From assembly GCA_963662945.1 (NCBI GenBank), contig OY759974.1, forward strand, positions 1,216,001 to 1,280,000: 64,000 nt of DNA, given 5' to 3'. Position 1 is the first letter of the stretch. Every line of letters starts with the position of its first letter. The DNA comes from Arcobacteraceae bacterium. GTDB taxonomy: Bacteria > Campylobacterota > Campylobacteria > Campylobacterales > Arcobacteraceae. The position numbers and the translations under genes are program-made. Below the pieces are notes generated by a model, which saw only the letters and a list, made by a program, of their open reading frames with translations, did no database searches and was not told where the DNA came from. Positions 8,599-19,500 of the stretch are shown here, piece by piece.

Positions 8599-10383
8599 TT
8601 AGCTTAAATAATTTTTATAATACCATATACTAAAGTGCCATAAAGCATAGAAGTGTTGTTTAAATCTATTTTGCTTTGCTTCATTATAGATATATTGAAG
8701 ATAATTTTCATTAAAAAGATTAGTGACATTATTCACAACTATAATATCTTGTATCAGTTTATCTTTATACTCTGCAAAAAGCCATTCATTAAAGGGGCTA
8801 TTAAAGCCTTTTTTTTGCCTATTTATTATCTCTTTTGGAATATATTTTGAAGCTATTTTTTTTAAAAGATATTTATTTGTATTTCCTATTTTTAATTTTG
8901 AGTCAATTTCAAATACTGTATCAACAAGCCGAAAGTCTAAAAATGGATTTCTTGTCTCAACTGAATTTGCCATACTTATTTTATCAACTTTACTTAAAAG
9001 TGCTTCCCCTAACCAAATTTTCATATCTATATAACTCATCCAATCAACAGGGTCTTGTTTTGGATTTTCTGTTTTGAAAGTGGCCACTGAAGTTAAAAGT
9101 TTTTTTCTTTGTGTTTGTGTGAATATTTCTCCAAAACTATTATAAATATTCTCTTTTTTAATTACTCTTCTTAAATATTCAGATTCTTTTGTATTAGTTT
9201 GCAATGCGCCAATAATATCATTTATAAAAAGGTTTTGTTCATCGCTTAATGTTTCACTAAATCTATAATATTTCAAAAACTTAGCATAATTATCATATCC
9301 TAAAAAAAGTTCATCACTTCCCTCTCCGCTTAAAACTGTTTTTATTCCATCATGATGTATTTTTTTTGTTAAATGCAAAAGAGGAATACTAGCAGGATCA
9401 GCATGTGGTTCTTCAAGATTTTCAAATACCTCATCTAAGCTTTCAATAAAATCTCTCTGTCCTATTTCAATAGCTGTGTGGTTACTCTTGATATTTTTGG
9501 CAACTAAAGAGGCATAAGAAAGTTCACAATACTTTTTATTGGTTTTGTATCCTACACTAAATGTGTTTATTTGGTGATTTGTGTGTTGTGAATAAATAGT
9601 TGATATCAAAGAGCTATCAATACCTCCACTGAGTAATGTTCCAACCTCAACATCACTTTTTAGTCTTTGTTTTACACTGTCTACTAATAATTCTTCAATA
9701 GTTTCTAAAGCCCTATTCTCATCTTTTATAGATTTATATGTTTTAATTTTATAGTATTTTTTTATACTTAATTTTCCATTTTCATACAATAAATAACTAC
9801 TTTTATCTAACTTATATATATCTTGATAAAAAGTATATGGAGCCAATGGTGTAAAATATTGTAAATATTGAGAAAGGGCTATTTTATTGAGTTTTGGTGT
9901 GTAGTCTAATAATTTAATAATAGGTTTTATCATGCTAGAAAAAATAAACTTACCATCTTTTTCATAATAAAAAAATGGTTTCTTTCCATATCTATCACGA
10001 GCACAGAAAAATTTGTCTTTAGAAATATCATAAATACAAAAACTAAATGCACCATTAAGAAGATTTAAAAACTCCACATCATACTTTTGATAAAGCCTGA
10101 TTAAAACTTCTGTATCACTTGAAGTTTTACATTCTAGCTTTTCACTTACTTTTAATTCATCATAATTATAAATTTCACCGTTAAAAACGATAAGAATATC
10201 ATCAAAAATCATAGGCTGATTTGCTTCTACATCAAGATCAATGATACTAAGTCGTGTATGTCCAAAAAAGTTATTTTTAATTTGTTTTACAGAAGTATTA
10301 TCAGGTCCTCTATTTTTCATCAAGTTTGTTATTAAATCAAAATCTACAGAAAAATTATAATTTGTACCAACAATTCCACACAT
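8599..10383 (-). CDS. asnB: Asparagine synthase (glutamine-hydrolysing) family amidotransferase
   Basis: MCGI N-terminal nucleophile, RGPD, RLSIID, LSGGIDSS, SGEGSDE. Confidence 0.93.
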   Translation of the reverse strand: MCGIVGTNYNFSVDFDLITNLMKNRGPDNTSVKQIKNNFFGHTRLSIIDLDVEANQPMIFDDILIVFNGEIYNYDELKVSEKLECKTSSDTEVLIRLYQKYDVEFLNLLNGAFSFCIYDISKDKFFCARDRYGKKPFFYYEKDGKFIFSSMIKPIIKLLDYTPKLNKIALSQYLQYFTPLAPYTFYQDIYKLDKSSYLLYENGKLSIKKYYKIKTYKSIKDENRALETIEELLVDSVKQRLKSDVEVGTLLSGGIDSSLISTIYSQHTNHQINTFSVGYKTNKKYCELSYASLVAKNIKSNHTAIEIGQRDFIESLDEVFENLEEPHADPASIPLLHLTKKIHHDGIKTVLSGEGSDELFLGYDNYAKFLKYYRFSETLSDEQNLFINDIIGALQTNTKESEYLRRVIKKENIYNSFGEIFTQTQRKKLLTSVATFKTENPKQDPVDWMSYIDMKIWLGEALLSKVDKISMANSVETRNPFLDFRLVDTVFEIDSKLKIGNTNKYLLKKIASKYIPKEIINRQKKGFNSPFNEWLFAEYKDKLIQDIIVVNNVTNLFNENYLQYIYNEAKQNRFKQHFYALWHFSIWYYKNYLS

Positions 10384-10385
10384 TA

Positions 10386-12488
10386 TTACACCTTTAACTT
10401 ATAAACTTTTGCAAGTGGAGTCAAAATAATTGGCTCAAAAAATTTTGTATTATAATTTTCCAATACAAATAATTGTACATAAGTAGAATTGTACTCACTA
10501 TTGTTTAATATTAAAAACTGATCATAATTACTCATATAAATAAGATTAATATCTGATTGATTATCGATTACTGTTTTTTGAATTTGTAATTTATTATTTT
10601 TATCATAAAATGTTGTTACAAAATTATTTATTGAATAGCTTTTGCCATTGATTTGTAAAGTTCCATTGAGTTTATTCACTTGTATGTCATTTCCTAAATC
10701 TATAGAATTATTATATTCTTTAAAAGTATCGAAAAAATAAAAAAGAGGCTCAATCCCTTTTTCCCCTGACATTAAATCAATATTTGAAAATGTATTAATA
10801 GTTGTATATATTCCCATCATTTGATTTGGAAGATACAGATAAATATCTCTCGTTTTTTGTGGCAATTTCACATCATATCCTAAAGCTTCCAAAAAATCAT
10901 TGGTATCTTTAAATCCATAATCGAAAGTCATATTAGCTATATTTGTTTTTTGAGGTAGAGTTTGTGATCTATTTTCTGTATATTCAACTTCCAATCTTAA
11001 AATTTTTGCTGATTGTTCTTGTGGATGAGTCAAAGCAAAACTAATAGGGAAATTTACAGCTCCACTATGTTTTCCACCATCACTTAATGTTTTAGTATCA
11101 CTATAATATCTAATTGGATAACCATAATCCCACCATGAAACAACATAGTCGTCTCGAGATGCAATTTGTTTTAAACTATCCAAAACTGCTACTTCATCTT
11201 TTATAAAAACTGTAGGTACTTTATATTTGATAATATGGTTAATATTAGGTAATAATACTAAACTAGTTAATAGAACTATTGCAGTGTATCTCTGTGTTTT
11301 ATTTTGCAAAAAACTTGCAATTTGTATTATAAAAAATCCCACACCTAAAGCTATGACTGGCACGGCATATATAGTAAATCTTAATCCACTACTATAAGAC
11401 AAAAGACCAAGCCCAACCATAGGTAGAGATAAAAGCATAATAGGATAACGAGATAGTAACCATATATAGCCAATGATACCCACAATAAAAGTTATAATAT
11501 GTCCACTAATTCGCTCTGACAAAACTTTAAAAGATATTCCACTCGCTTCTCGTACAGTTTGCATTACGGTATAAAAATGCAATTGTAAATCATCACTTAT
11601 AACAGATATGCTTTCTTTAAAAACGTAGTTTTTTAATTGTCCTAAAATAGGGTCCAATCCCCCACTTACAATAAAAACTATAATTGCTATTATAAAAAAA
11701 AGGTAAATATTTTTTTGAAATATTTTTTCTTTCAATTTTAATAATATAAACAATCCAACTACAATAATAAATCGAAGATACCCATCAAGTCCCATCATTG
11801 CAAACAATATAAATGTTAAAAGAATCAGATTAAATTGATAAGACTCTTTTTTTATATATTGATAGATTGCATAAGCCAATATAAGTCCAAAAAATGCAAA
11901 CTCCAAACTATAACTTTGTGGATACCACCATCTATAAGCAATAATATCTAATGCTGTAAATAAAAGATATTTTTCCTCTTGAGTTCGTAAAGCCAAAACC
12001 AACGACCAAAGTAAAATAGTTGGAAATACGATATTTAAAAAATCAGTGTCATAGTATCCTATCATAGTACGATTATAATAACTCAAAGCAATACTTGAAA
12101 GTAAAGCTGCTATAAAACCAACTTCAACTTTCCCAAGATTTTTACCTATAAGTATAATCGGTATAACAATAAGTGAAGCAAAAAATGCAGGTATATAAAA
12201 TATAATAGATTCAAAACTCAAAGGAAGAATCTTAGCTATTAAAGCTGTTAATTGTGATGTTGCACTTTGGATAGGAGAGTTTTCATTGATATTTTGACTT
12301 CCACTTAAAATATCTCTGGCACCTTCTGCCCAATAGTAACCATCATTAGTATTTATCATAAACTGACCATTAAACTTAAACTGTTCATAGGCACTAAACT
12401 GATATATCCAAATAAGTCGTAATGAGAAACTAAAAATAAAAGCTATTAAAACTAAAAGTATGGTTTGTTTATTTTTTGAAAGTATCAC
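10386..12488 (-). CDS. pglB: STT3-type N-linking oligosaccharyltransferase
   Basis: TNDGY, GYYDTD, TVRE, WWDYG and DGGKH motifs; multi-TM N-terminal region. Confidence 0.94.
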   Translation of the reverse strand: MILSKNKQTILLVLIAFIFSFSLRLIWIYQFSAYEQFKFNGQFMINTNDGYYWAEGARDILSGSQNINENSPIQSATSQLTALIAKILPLSFESIIFYIPAFFASLIVIPIILIGKNLGKVEVGFIAALLSSIALSYYNRTMIGYYDTDFLNIVFPTILLWSLVLALRTQEEKYLLFTALDIIAYRWWYPQSYSLEFAFFGLILAYAIYQYIKKESYQFNLILLTFILFAMMGLDGYLRFIIVVGLFILLKLKEKIFQKNIYLFFIIAIIVFIVSGGLDPILGQLKNYVFKESISVISDDLQLHFYTVMQTVREASGISFKVLSERISGHIITFIVGIIGYIWLLSRYPIMLLSLPMVGLGLLSYSSGLRFTIYAVPVIALGVGFFIIQIASFLQNKTQRYTAIVLLTSLVLLPNINHIIKYKVPTVFIKDEVAVLDSLKQIASRDDYVVSWWDYGYPIRYYSDTKTLSDGGKHSGAVNFPISFALTHPQEQSAKILRLEVEYTENRSQTLPQKTNIANMTFDYGFKDTNDFLEALGYDVKLPQKTRDIYLYLPNQMMGIYTTINTFSNIDLMSGEKGIEPLFYFFDTFKEYNNSIDLGNDIQVNKLNGTLQINGKSYSINNFVTTFYDKNNKLQIQKTVIDNQSDINLIYMSNYDQFLILNNSEYNSTYVQLFVLENYNTKFFEPIILTPLAKVYKLKV

Positions 12489-12549
12489 CGATTATTGTTC
12501 CTAGTTATTTATGAAATAATATAGGTTCTTTGCTTAAATTAGTAAAAAT

Positions 12550-12602
12550 AAAAAAACCTCGATAAAACTATTCTCTACAGAATAAATTTTATCGAGGTTT
12601 TT
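12550..12602 (-). terminator. Long hairpin terminator after tRNA-Arg
   Basis: AAAAACCTCGATAAAA...TTTTATCGAGGTTTTT 16-bp inverted repeat with an inner TATTCT/AGAATA stem. Confidence 0.75.
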
Positions 12603-12605
12603 ATA

Positions 12606-12682
12606 TGGTACGCCTAGTAGGATTCGAACCCACAACCGCCGGGGCCGAAACCCAGTGCTATATCCAGTTAAGCCATAGACGC
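12606..12682 (-). tRNA. tRNA-Arg(UCG)
   Basis: Cloverleaf with anticodon arm CTGGG-TT-TCG-GC-CCCGG, GTTCGAATC T-loop and encoded CCA. Confidence 0.95.
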
Positions 12683-12705
12683 ATTTGTGTTATGTAATTA
12701 TAGAT

Positions 12706-12740
12706 AAAAAAAGATAAAAGAAAAATCTTTTACCTTTTTT
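12706..12740 (-). terminator. Probable terminator of rpsU
   Basis: AU-rich inverted repeat with a U-tract just after the stop. Confidence 0.5.
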
Positions 12741-12761
12741 AATATTATAAAATTAAAAAGA

Positions 12762-12974
12762 TTACAGTCTAGACTCGTATCTTCTTAACATATAAAGTTT
12801 TTTAAGCATTTTCTTTCTTGCATTGATTTTTTGTTTCTTTTTCTTTTCAGGATTAGATTCAAAATATCTTCTTGCTCTTGTTTCTGTAACGATTAAGCTT
12901 CTATCACATTGTTTTTTAAATCTTCTATACGCTTCTTCGAAAGATTCGTTTTCTTTTACTTTTATACCTGGCAT
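12762..12974 (-). CDS. rpsU: 30S ribosomal protein S21
   Basis: [22 protein letters not shown]. Confidence 0.96.
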   Translation of the reverse strand: MPGIKVKENESFEEAYRRFKKQCDRSLIVTETRARRYFESNPEKKKKQKINARKKMLKKLYMLRRYESRL

Positions 12975-13115
12975 TGTTCAATCACCCACTTTCTTGCATA
13001 GATTTAATGGCTCTTTGGCTCACTATTGCTTTTTTCTAAGAGGCGAATTGTATATAAATTTGTCTTAATAATACTTTAAGTATAATATAATTATTAAATA
13101 TTACAAAGGATTTTA

Positions 13116-13589
13116 GTGGAAAACCTAACCCATTTAGACCAAAACCATAGACCAAAGATGGTAGATGTATCTTCTAAAGAGGATACTACAAGAGTAGCAG
13201 TTGCTAGTGGAATTATAACAATGAGTAACGAAGCATTTGCTAATGTAATATCAAATCAAAATAAAAAAGGACCTGTAATACAAACAGCAGTAGTTGCAGC
13301 AATTATGGGAACAAAAAAAACACCTGAACTTATTCCTATGTGCCATCCACTACTACTAACAGGTATTAATTGTGATGTAGAACAATTAGATGAGTTGCCA
13401 GGATTTAAACTAACAGTTACAGCAAAATTAAAAGGACAAACAGGTGTAGAGATGGAAGCACTAACAGGAGTATCTATAGGATTACTTACTATTTATGATA
13501 TGGTGAAAGCCATTGATAAAGGTATGATAATATCAAATGTACAACTTGAACATAAAAGTGGTGGAAAATCTGGAGATTTTAATAGATAA
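13116..13589 (+). CDS. moaC: Cyclic pyranopterin monophosphate synthase
   Basis: MVDVS, LIPMCHP, GVEMEAL, IYDMVKA. Confidence 0.96.
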   Translation: MENLTHLDQNHRPKMVDVSSKEDTTRVAVASGIITMSNEAFANVISNQNKKGPVIQTAVVAAIMGTKKTPELIPMCHPLLLTGINCDVEQLDELPGFKLTVTAKLKGQTGVEMEALTGVSIGLLTIYDMVKAIDKGMIISNVQLEHKSGGKSGDFNR

Positions 13590-13601
13590 GGAGAATAAAT
13601 A

Positions 13602-13865
13602 ATGATAGATTTAAATCAACATAAAGTAAAACTAGATTACCCATGTAGTTGGGAATATAAAATTGTAATTTTAAGTGAACATAACATCAATCCAATTGTA
13701 AAAGAGATTTTAGCAGATAGAGAGCATAAAATAAAACCATCAAAAAAAAGTACAAAAGGAAAGTTTGAAAGTTTTTCTTTAGAACTTACTGTTCATAGTG
13801 ATGAAGATCGAACAGGGATTTATCATATGCTCGGAAAACATGAACGAATAAAAATGGTTGTATAA
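13602..13865 (+). CDS. YbeD/HP0495 (DUF493) family protein
   Basis: LDYPC.W.YK and S..GKF.S motifs. Confidence 0.82.
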   Translation: MIDLNQHKVKLDYPCSWEYKIVILSEHNINPIVKEILADREHKIKPSKKSTKGKFESFSLELTVHSDEDRTGIYHMLGKHERIKMVV

Positions 13866-13868
13866 AAT

Positions 13869-14237
13869 ATGGAAAATATTCTTTATCAAAATGAACTTAT
13901 CAGAGTTGAGATTGAAGCCTCGGAAATACCTTGGTTAAAAATATTTACACAACAACCAATAAAAGAATTTAGTCAATGTGATACTGAAACAAAAATGGAA
14001 ATATTACGCGTTTTAGATATTTGTGAAAAAGAGATGTTAGCATATTTTAATCCAGATAAAATCAATATTGCTTCATTTGGAAATTATGTACCACATGTAC
14101 ATTTTCATATTCAAGCACGATTTAAAAATGACAGTTATTTCCCTGAACCAACTTGGGGTAAAAAACAAAGAGAATCACACCTAGATTTACCTGATAAAAA
14201 TAAATTTTACGAAAATTTAATTTTGAAGTTAAATTAG
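13869..14237 (+). CDS. HIT family hydrolase
   Basis: PDKINIASFGNYVPHVHFH. Confidence 0.88.
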   Translation: MENILYQNELIRVEIEASEIPWLKIFTQQPIKEFSQCDTETKMEILRVLDICEKEMLAYFNPDKINIASFGNYVPHVHFHIQARFKNDSYFPEPTWGKKQRESHLDLPDKNKFYENLILKLN

Positions 14238-14252
14238 GCTATAATCCAATCT

Positions 14253-14993
14253 ATGAATAGAAGACACTTTTTATTATTATCAACACTATCACCTATTTTT
14301 GCGAAAGATTTTTTGACTTTAAATAATGAAGTTAATTTAGATATTAATGACTTAAATACTTTATATACTCTTGACTATAGACTAAGAAAACTGAGACGTT
14401 TTGTAGGATATGCGAATTTTAATATTATCTCATTTGATGAAGCATTATACTATGCAAGAAATTATCCGGTTATTGGTGAATTTACAAAACAAGAAATAGC
14501 TCTTATTGAGAAAATTTTTTATGTGACCCCTTCCAACTTTGGTTTTTATGGGGAAAAAACCGTTCAAAATATTTCACAAGCAATCTCTGAAAAAGACATA
14601 GTAAAAATAGGTTATTCTGGGCACTTTTTATTTAAAGGAAAACCCCTAGAAGATTACAATAGAATTAAAAAAGATGTAGGGGAGAGTATTGTTTTAACTT
14701 CAGGAATAAGAAATGTTGTAAAACAATTAAGCCTCTATGTATCTAAAGTTAAATCTCTCAATGGAAACCTCACAAAAGCTTCTTCAATTATTGCACCTCC
14801 AGCTTACACATACCATGCAATTAGTGATTTTGATATTGGGAAAAAAGGCTGGGGAGATAAAAACTTTACAGCAGATTTTGCACGAACAGAAGAGTTCGAA
14901 AAGATGCGAAAACTTAACTACATCAGTATAAGATATACTCTAAATAATAAAGATGGTGTACGTTTTGAACCTTGGCATGTAAAGGTTATATAA
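14253..14993 (+). CDS. M15 (VanY-like) D,D-carboxypeptidase with Tat-like N-terminus
   Basis: NRRHFL; TSGIR, APPAYTYH...DFD, EPWH. Confidence 0.8.
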   Translation: MNRRHFLLLSTLSPIFAKDFLTLNNEVNLDINDLNTLYTLDYRLRKLRRFVGYANFNIISFDEALYYARNYPVIGEFTKQEIALIEKIFYVTPSNFGFYGEKTVQNISQAISEKDIVKIGYSGHFLFKGKPLEDYNRIKKDVGESIVLTSGIRNVVKQLSLYVSKVKSLNGNLTKASSIIAPPAYTYHAISDFDIGKKGWGDKNFTADFARTEEFEKMRKLNYISIRYTLNNKDGVRFEPWHVKVI

Positions 14994-16499
14994 ATGATAA
15001 AATTCACAAATTTAGTTCTTTTGATTTTACTATTTTCATTTTATGGATGTAGTAAAAAAGAGAATACAAATCCAAAAGCAATAAACAAAACACAATATGT
15101 GCAAACTATACAGCCTGAAATAACATCAACAAAAGTTCCTGTTGAAGAAATTATTTTAAAAGACCAACCAAGTATATCTATTGTCAAACAGAAGCAAACG
15201 CAACAAACTTTACGAAAAAGTTGTGAGATAGATGTAAAAGATATGAATGAGTTTCAGTTTGATATTATAAAAAAGGGAATTCAAGATGATAATACTCTTT
15301 TAGTTGTAGGTGGCATACAAGGTGATGAACCAGGTGGATTTATGGCAGCTTCACTTATGACTACACATTATGATATTCAAAAAGGTTCTGTTTGGATAGT
15401 TCCAAATCTCAACTTTTATAGTATTATAAAAAGAAGTCGTGGACCATTTGGAGATATGAATAGAAAATTTGCATCACTCTCTAAAGATGATCCAGAATAT
15501 GAAACAGTGCAAAGAATAAAAAAATATATTACAGATGAACAAGTAAAACTTATTTTAAATCTTCATGATGGGAGTGGTTTTTATAGACCTATGTATATAG
15601 ATCAATGGCATCAACCTCGTACTTGGGGGCAAAGTAGTGTTATTGATCAAGAGATACTTCACAATGTTGAAAAATACTCAGATACATACTCAATATCAGA
15701 AGAGGTTGTAAATCATCTCAATAAATTTCTCCTAAAAGAAGAAGATAGATATAGAACAAAAAATACCCATACTAGATTTAACAAAACTCAAGAAGAACAA
15801 GAGATGTCAAAAACACTTACTTATTTTGCTGTAACTCATGGCAAAGCAGCTTTTGGACATGAAACAAGCAAAAGTTTAAATGTAGACGAAAGAGTTTATT
15901 ATAAATTAATCGCTATTGAAAAATATATGGATATTATGGGAATAAAATATAAAAGAAAATTTCCTTTAACACTTGATGGTGTAAAACATGCATTAAATGA
16001 TGATATTAGTATCACTTTCAATGATACAAATATAAAAATGCCTCTTAAAGATATAAGAAATATTCAAAACTATTTTCCAGTTAAAAAAGATGGAGTGGTT
16101 ACATACTTACCAAGTAATCCTTTGATAAAAATTATTAAAAACGATAATATATACTCAATCTATTATGGAAATAGAAGATTAACACAACTAGTTGCAGATT
16201 ATACTGAACATTTAAATTTTGATACAGAAATCACAATGAATATAGACAATCAAATGAAAAAAATCAAATTTGGAGATACAATAAATGTCAAAAAAGATTT
16301 TTTAGTTGTTGATGAAAAACAATTTCGAGTTAATGTTATTGGGTATACAAATTCTTCAGGAATTGAAACTGATAAAAAAATATCAAAAGATATGTTCATG
16401 CAAAGATATTCCATAGAAAAAAATGGAAATATTTATAGAATTGAATTTTATAAAAATCAAAAATTTGCAGGGATGATACTTGTAAATTTCATAAGTTAG
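14994..16499 (+). CDS. Csd4/Pgp1-like peptidoglycan D,L-carboxypeptidase lipoprotein
   Basis: Lipobox FYGC; GGIQGDEPGG, DMNRKF, NLHDGSG, HETSK. Confidence 0.85.
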   Translation: MIKFTNLVLLILLFSFYGCSKKENTNPKAINKTQYVQTIQPEITSTKVPVEEIILKDQPSISIVKQKQTQQTLRKSCEIDVKDMNEFQFDIIKKGIQDDNTLLVVGGIQGDEPGGFMAASLMTTHYDIQKGSVWIVPNLNFYSIIKRSRGPFGDMNRKFASLSKDDPEYETVQRIKKYITDEQVKLILNLHDGSGFYRPMYIDQWHQPRTWGQSSVIDQEILHNVEKYSDTYSISEEVVNHLNKFLLKEEDRYRTKNTHTRFNKTQEEQEMSKTLTYFAVTHGKAAFGHETSKSLNVDERVYYKLIAIEKYMDIMGIKYKRKFPLTLDGVKHALNDDISITFNDTNIKMPLKDIRNIQNYFPVKKDGVVTYLPSNPLIKIIKNDNIYSIYYGNRRLTQLVADYTEHLNFDTEITMNIDNQMKKIKFGDTINVKKDFLVVDEKQFRVNVIGYTNSSGIETDKKISKDMFMQRYSIEKNGNIYRIEFYKNQKFAGMILVNFIS

Positions 16500-16503
16500 G
16501 ACT

Positions 16504-19500
16504 ATGATAAAAAAACAAATACTAGAATTAATAAAGAAAAAACCATTAATTATTGATGGTGCTATGGGTACACAGCTTCAAACATATAAAGTTCCAGATG
16601 AAGCTTGGATTGATGACAAAGGAATTTCACAAGAAGGATGTAATGAACTTCTCAATGCTACAGCTCCAGAAATCCTAGAAAAAATACACAATGCTTATGC
16701 TTATGCTGGTGCAGATTTAATCAAAACAAATACTTTTGGAACTATGCCTTGGGTACTTGATGAATATGATATGTCTCACAGATGTTATGAACTCTCAAAG
16801 CTTGGGTGTGAACATGTAAAAAAAATATGTGATAAATACTCAACACCAGAAAAACCAAGATTTGTATTAGCATCAATTGGACCTGGGACAAAATTACCAA
16901 GTCTTGGACATATTGATTATGATACAATGTATGATGGTTATAAAGAGATGGCTAGAGGTTTAGTTGATGGTGGTGCAGATATATTTTTACTAGAAACTTG
17001 TCAAGACCCTCTTCAAATAAAAGCAGCACTTCATGCACTTCAAGATTTTGCTCCACAAATCCCAATTATGGTATCTGTTACAATAGAACTAAGTGGAAGT
17101 ATGCTTATAGGAACAGATGCTCAGACGATTGCTACTATTTTAGAACCTTTTGATATTCTCTCTCTTGGATTTAACTGTGGAACTGGCCCAGAACAAGTAA
17201 AAAAACATCTTGAAGTTTTAAGCCAATATAGTGATAAATACCTCTCAATTCATGCCAATGCAGGACTACCTCAAAATAAAGGTGGATATACCTTCTATCC
17301 AATGGGTCCAGATGAATTTGCTACTATTCAAAAAACATTTTTAGATTTTGCAGGGGTAAGTTTTCTCGGTGGTTGTTGTGGAACTACTCCTCAACATATC
17401 AAAGCCCTAGCAGATGAGGTACAAGATATACAACCAAAAACTCCAACAGGTGGTCACCCTACCAGTTTAGCTAGCCTTTTTCAAACTGTAGAACTTAAAC
17501 AAAATCCAGCGCCACTTTTAATCGGAGAGAGAAGTAACGCAACAGGAAGTAAAGCATTTAGAGAATTACTTAAGGCTGAAGATTTTGAAGGTACTTTAAC
17601 TGTAGGACAACAGCAAGTGAGAGCTGGGGCTCATGTGATAGATGTAAGTGTAGGATTTGCAGGACGAGATGAAACAATAGATATGGATGAAGTTGTTTCT
17701 AGATATGCACAAAAAATTCAGTTACCACTTATGCCAGATTCAACACAAATACCTGCCTTAGAAAAAGCACTTAAACTTATAGGTGGTAAACCTATTTTAA
17801 ACTCTGTAAACCTTGAAGACGGAATTGAAAGGTTTGATGAGATATGTCAAATGGCAAAGAAATTTGGTACAAGTTTAGTATGTCTTGTTATCGATGAAGT
17901 TGCTATGGCAAAAACAAAAGAGAAAAAAGTTGAAATTGCTGAGCGAATCTATCAAAGAGCAGTAAATCTCCATGGACTCAATCCTCGTGATTTAGTTTTT
18001 GATATGCTTGTATTTACTATTGGTAGTGGAGATGAAGAATACCACACTGCTGGTATTGAGACCATAGAAGCGATACGTGAGTTTACCTCAATGCACCCTG
18101 AAATCAGTACTACTTTAGGATTATCAAATATCTCTTTTGGACTTAATACCCACGCTAGAGTATATCTCAATAGTGTATTTCTACATCATTGTGTAGAAGC
18201 TGGATTAAGTAGTGCTATTGTAAATGTAAAACATCTACTGCCTATGAATAAAATGAGTAAAGAGGATATAAAAGCTTGTGAAGATTTACTTTTCAATCGT
18301 CGTGAAAAAGGCGACCCACTTTTTGCTTTTATTGAACACTTCAGTGATGTTGGTGCAGTAGAGCAACAAACAGATGAAGAGTATGAAAAATTAAGCGACA
18401 AAGAAAAAGTTATCCAACTTTTAAAAGATGGAGATAAAGAGAGACTTCTTCCACTTGCTATTCAGCTCAAAGACAATGTACCCCCTGAACTTATTGTAAA
18501 TGAGTGGCTTATTGAGGGAATGAAAGAGATTGGAGAACTTTTTGGAAGTGGTGTTATGCAACTTCCTTTTGTACTTCAAAGTGCAGAAACCATGAAAGCA
18601 TGTGTAGATCAGCTTAATCCATTTTTACCAAAAATTGAAAAAGAGAGTGAAACAACTTTGGTTCTTGGAACTGTAAAAGGGGATGTTCATGATGTTGGGA
18701 AAAATTTAGTTGATATAATATTATCAAACAATGGTTTTAAAGTTATCAATATTGGTATTAAAGCCAATATAGAAAGTTTCATAGAAGAATCTAAAAAACA
18801 CAATGCGCATGCAATAGGTATGAGTGGGCTTCTTGTAAAATCAACAAATGAAATGAAAGCAAACCTAGAAGAGTTACAAAACCAAAATATTAAACTTCCA
18901 GTTATCCTTGGAGGTGCTGCTCTTACAAAAGCGTTTGTAGATGATTTTTGTAGACCTATTTATGATGGAGCAATCTTTTATGCACGAGATGCCTTTGATG
19001 GAGTTGTAGCAATGCAAAGAATTGAAAAGCAACTCCAAACTGGAGCAGATTTAGATACAAATATGGCTGCTGATTTAATTGTGATGGATGAGTCTCTACA
19101 AAAAGAGGAAAAAGTTGAGTTTAATAGTGATCTTCATACCCCATTACTTTTAGAAAATAAACATAATTTTACTCCACCATTTTGGGGAAGAAGAGATATG
19201 TCAAAAGATTTTGACCCCTCTTTAGCTTTTGAGTGGATAAATCATAGAGTACTATTTAGACAAAGATGGGGATATAAAAAGGGAAAAATGTCTCCAGAAG
19301 AATTTATAGCTCATGAAAATGATATGGTAAAACCTATTTATGAAAATCTCAAAGATGAATTTTTAGATAAAGGTATTTTTGCACCTATTGCACTTTATGG
19401 TTACTTTCCTTGTAAAGCTAATGATACAGTTTTAGAAATTTATGATAATGAAAAAGAAAATATTATTGCTACATTTGATTTCCCTAGACAAGGAAAATCT

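Noticed and set aside
12606-12682. tRNA-Arg as an island integration site, or UCG as an odd anticodon
   Set aside because: No duplicated 3' end or integrase nearby; tRNA-Arg(UCG) is normal in Campylobacterota
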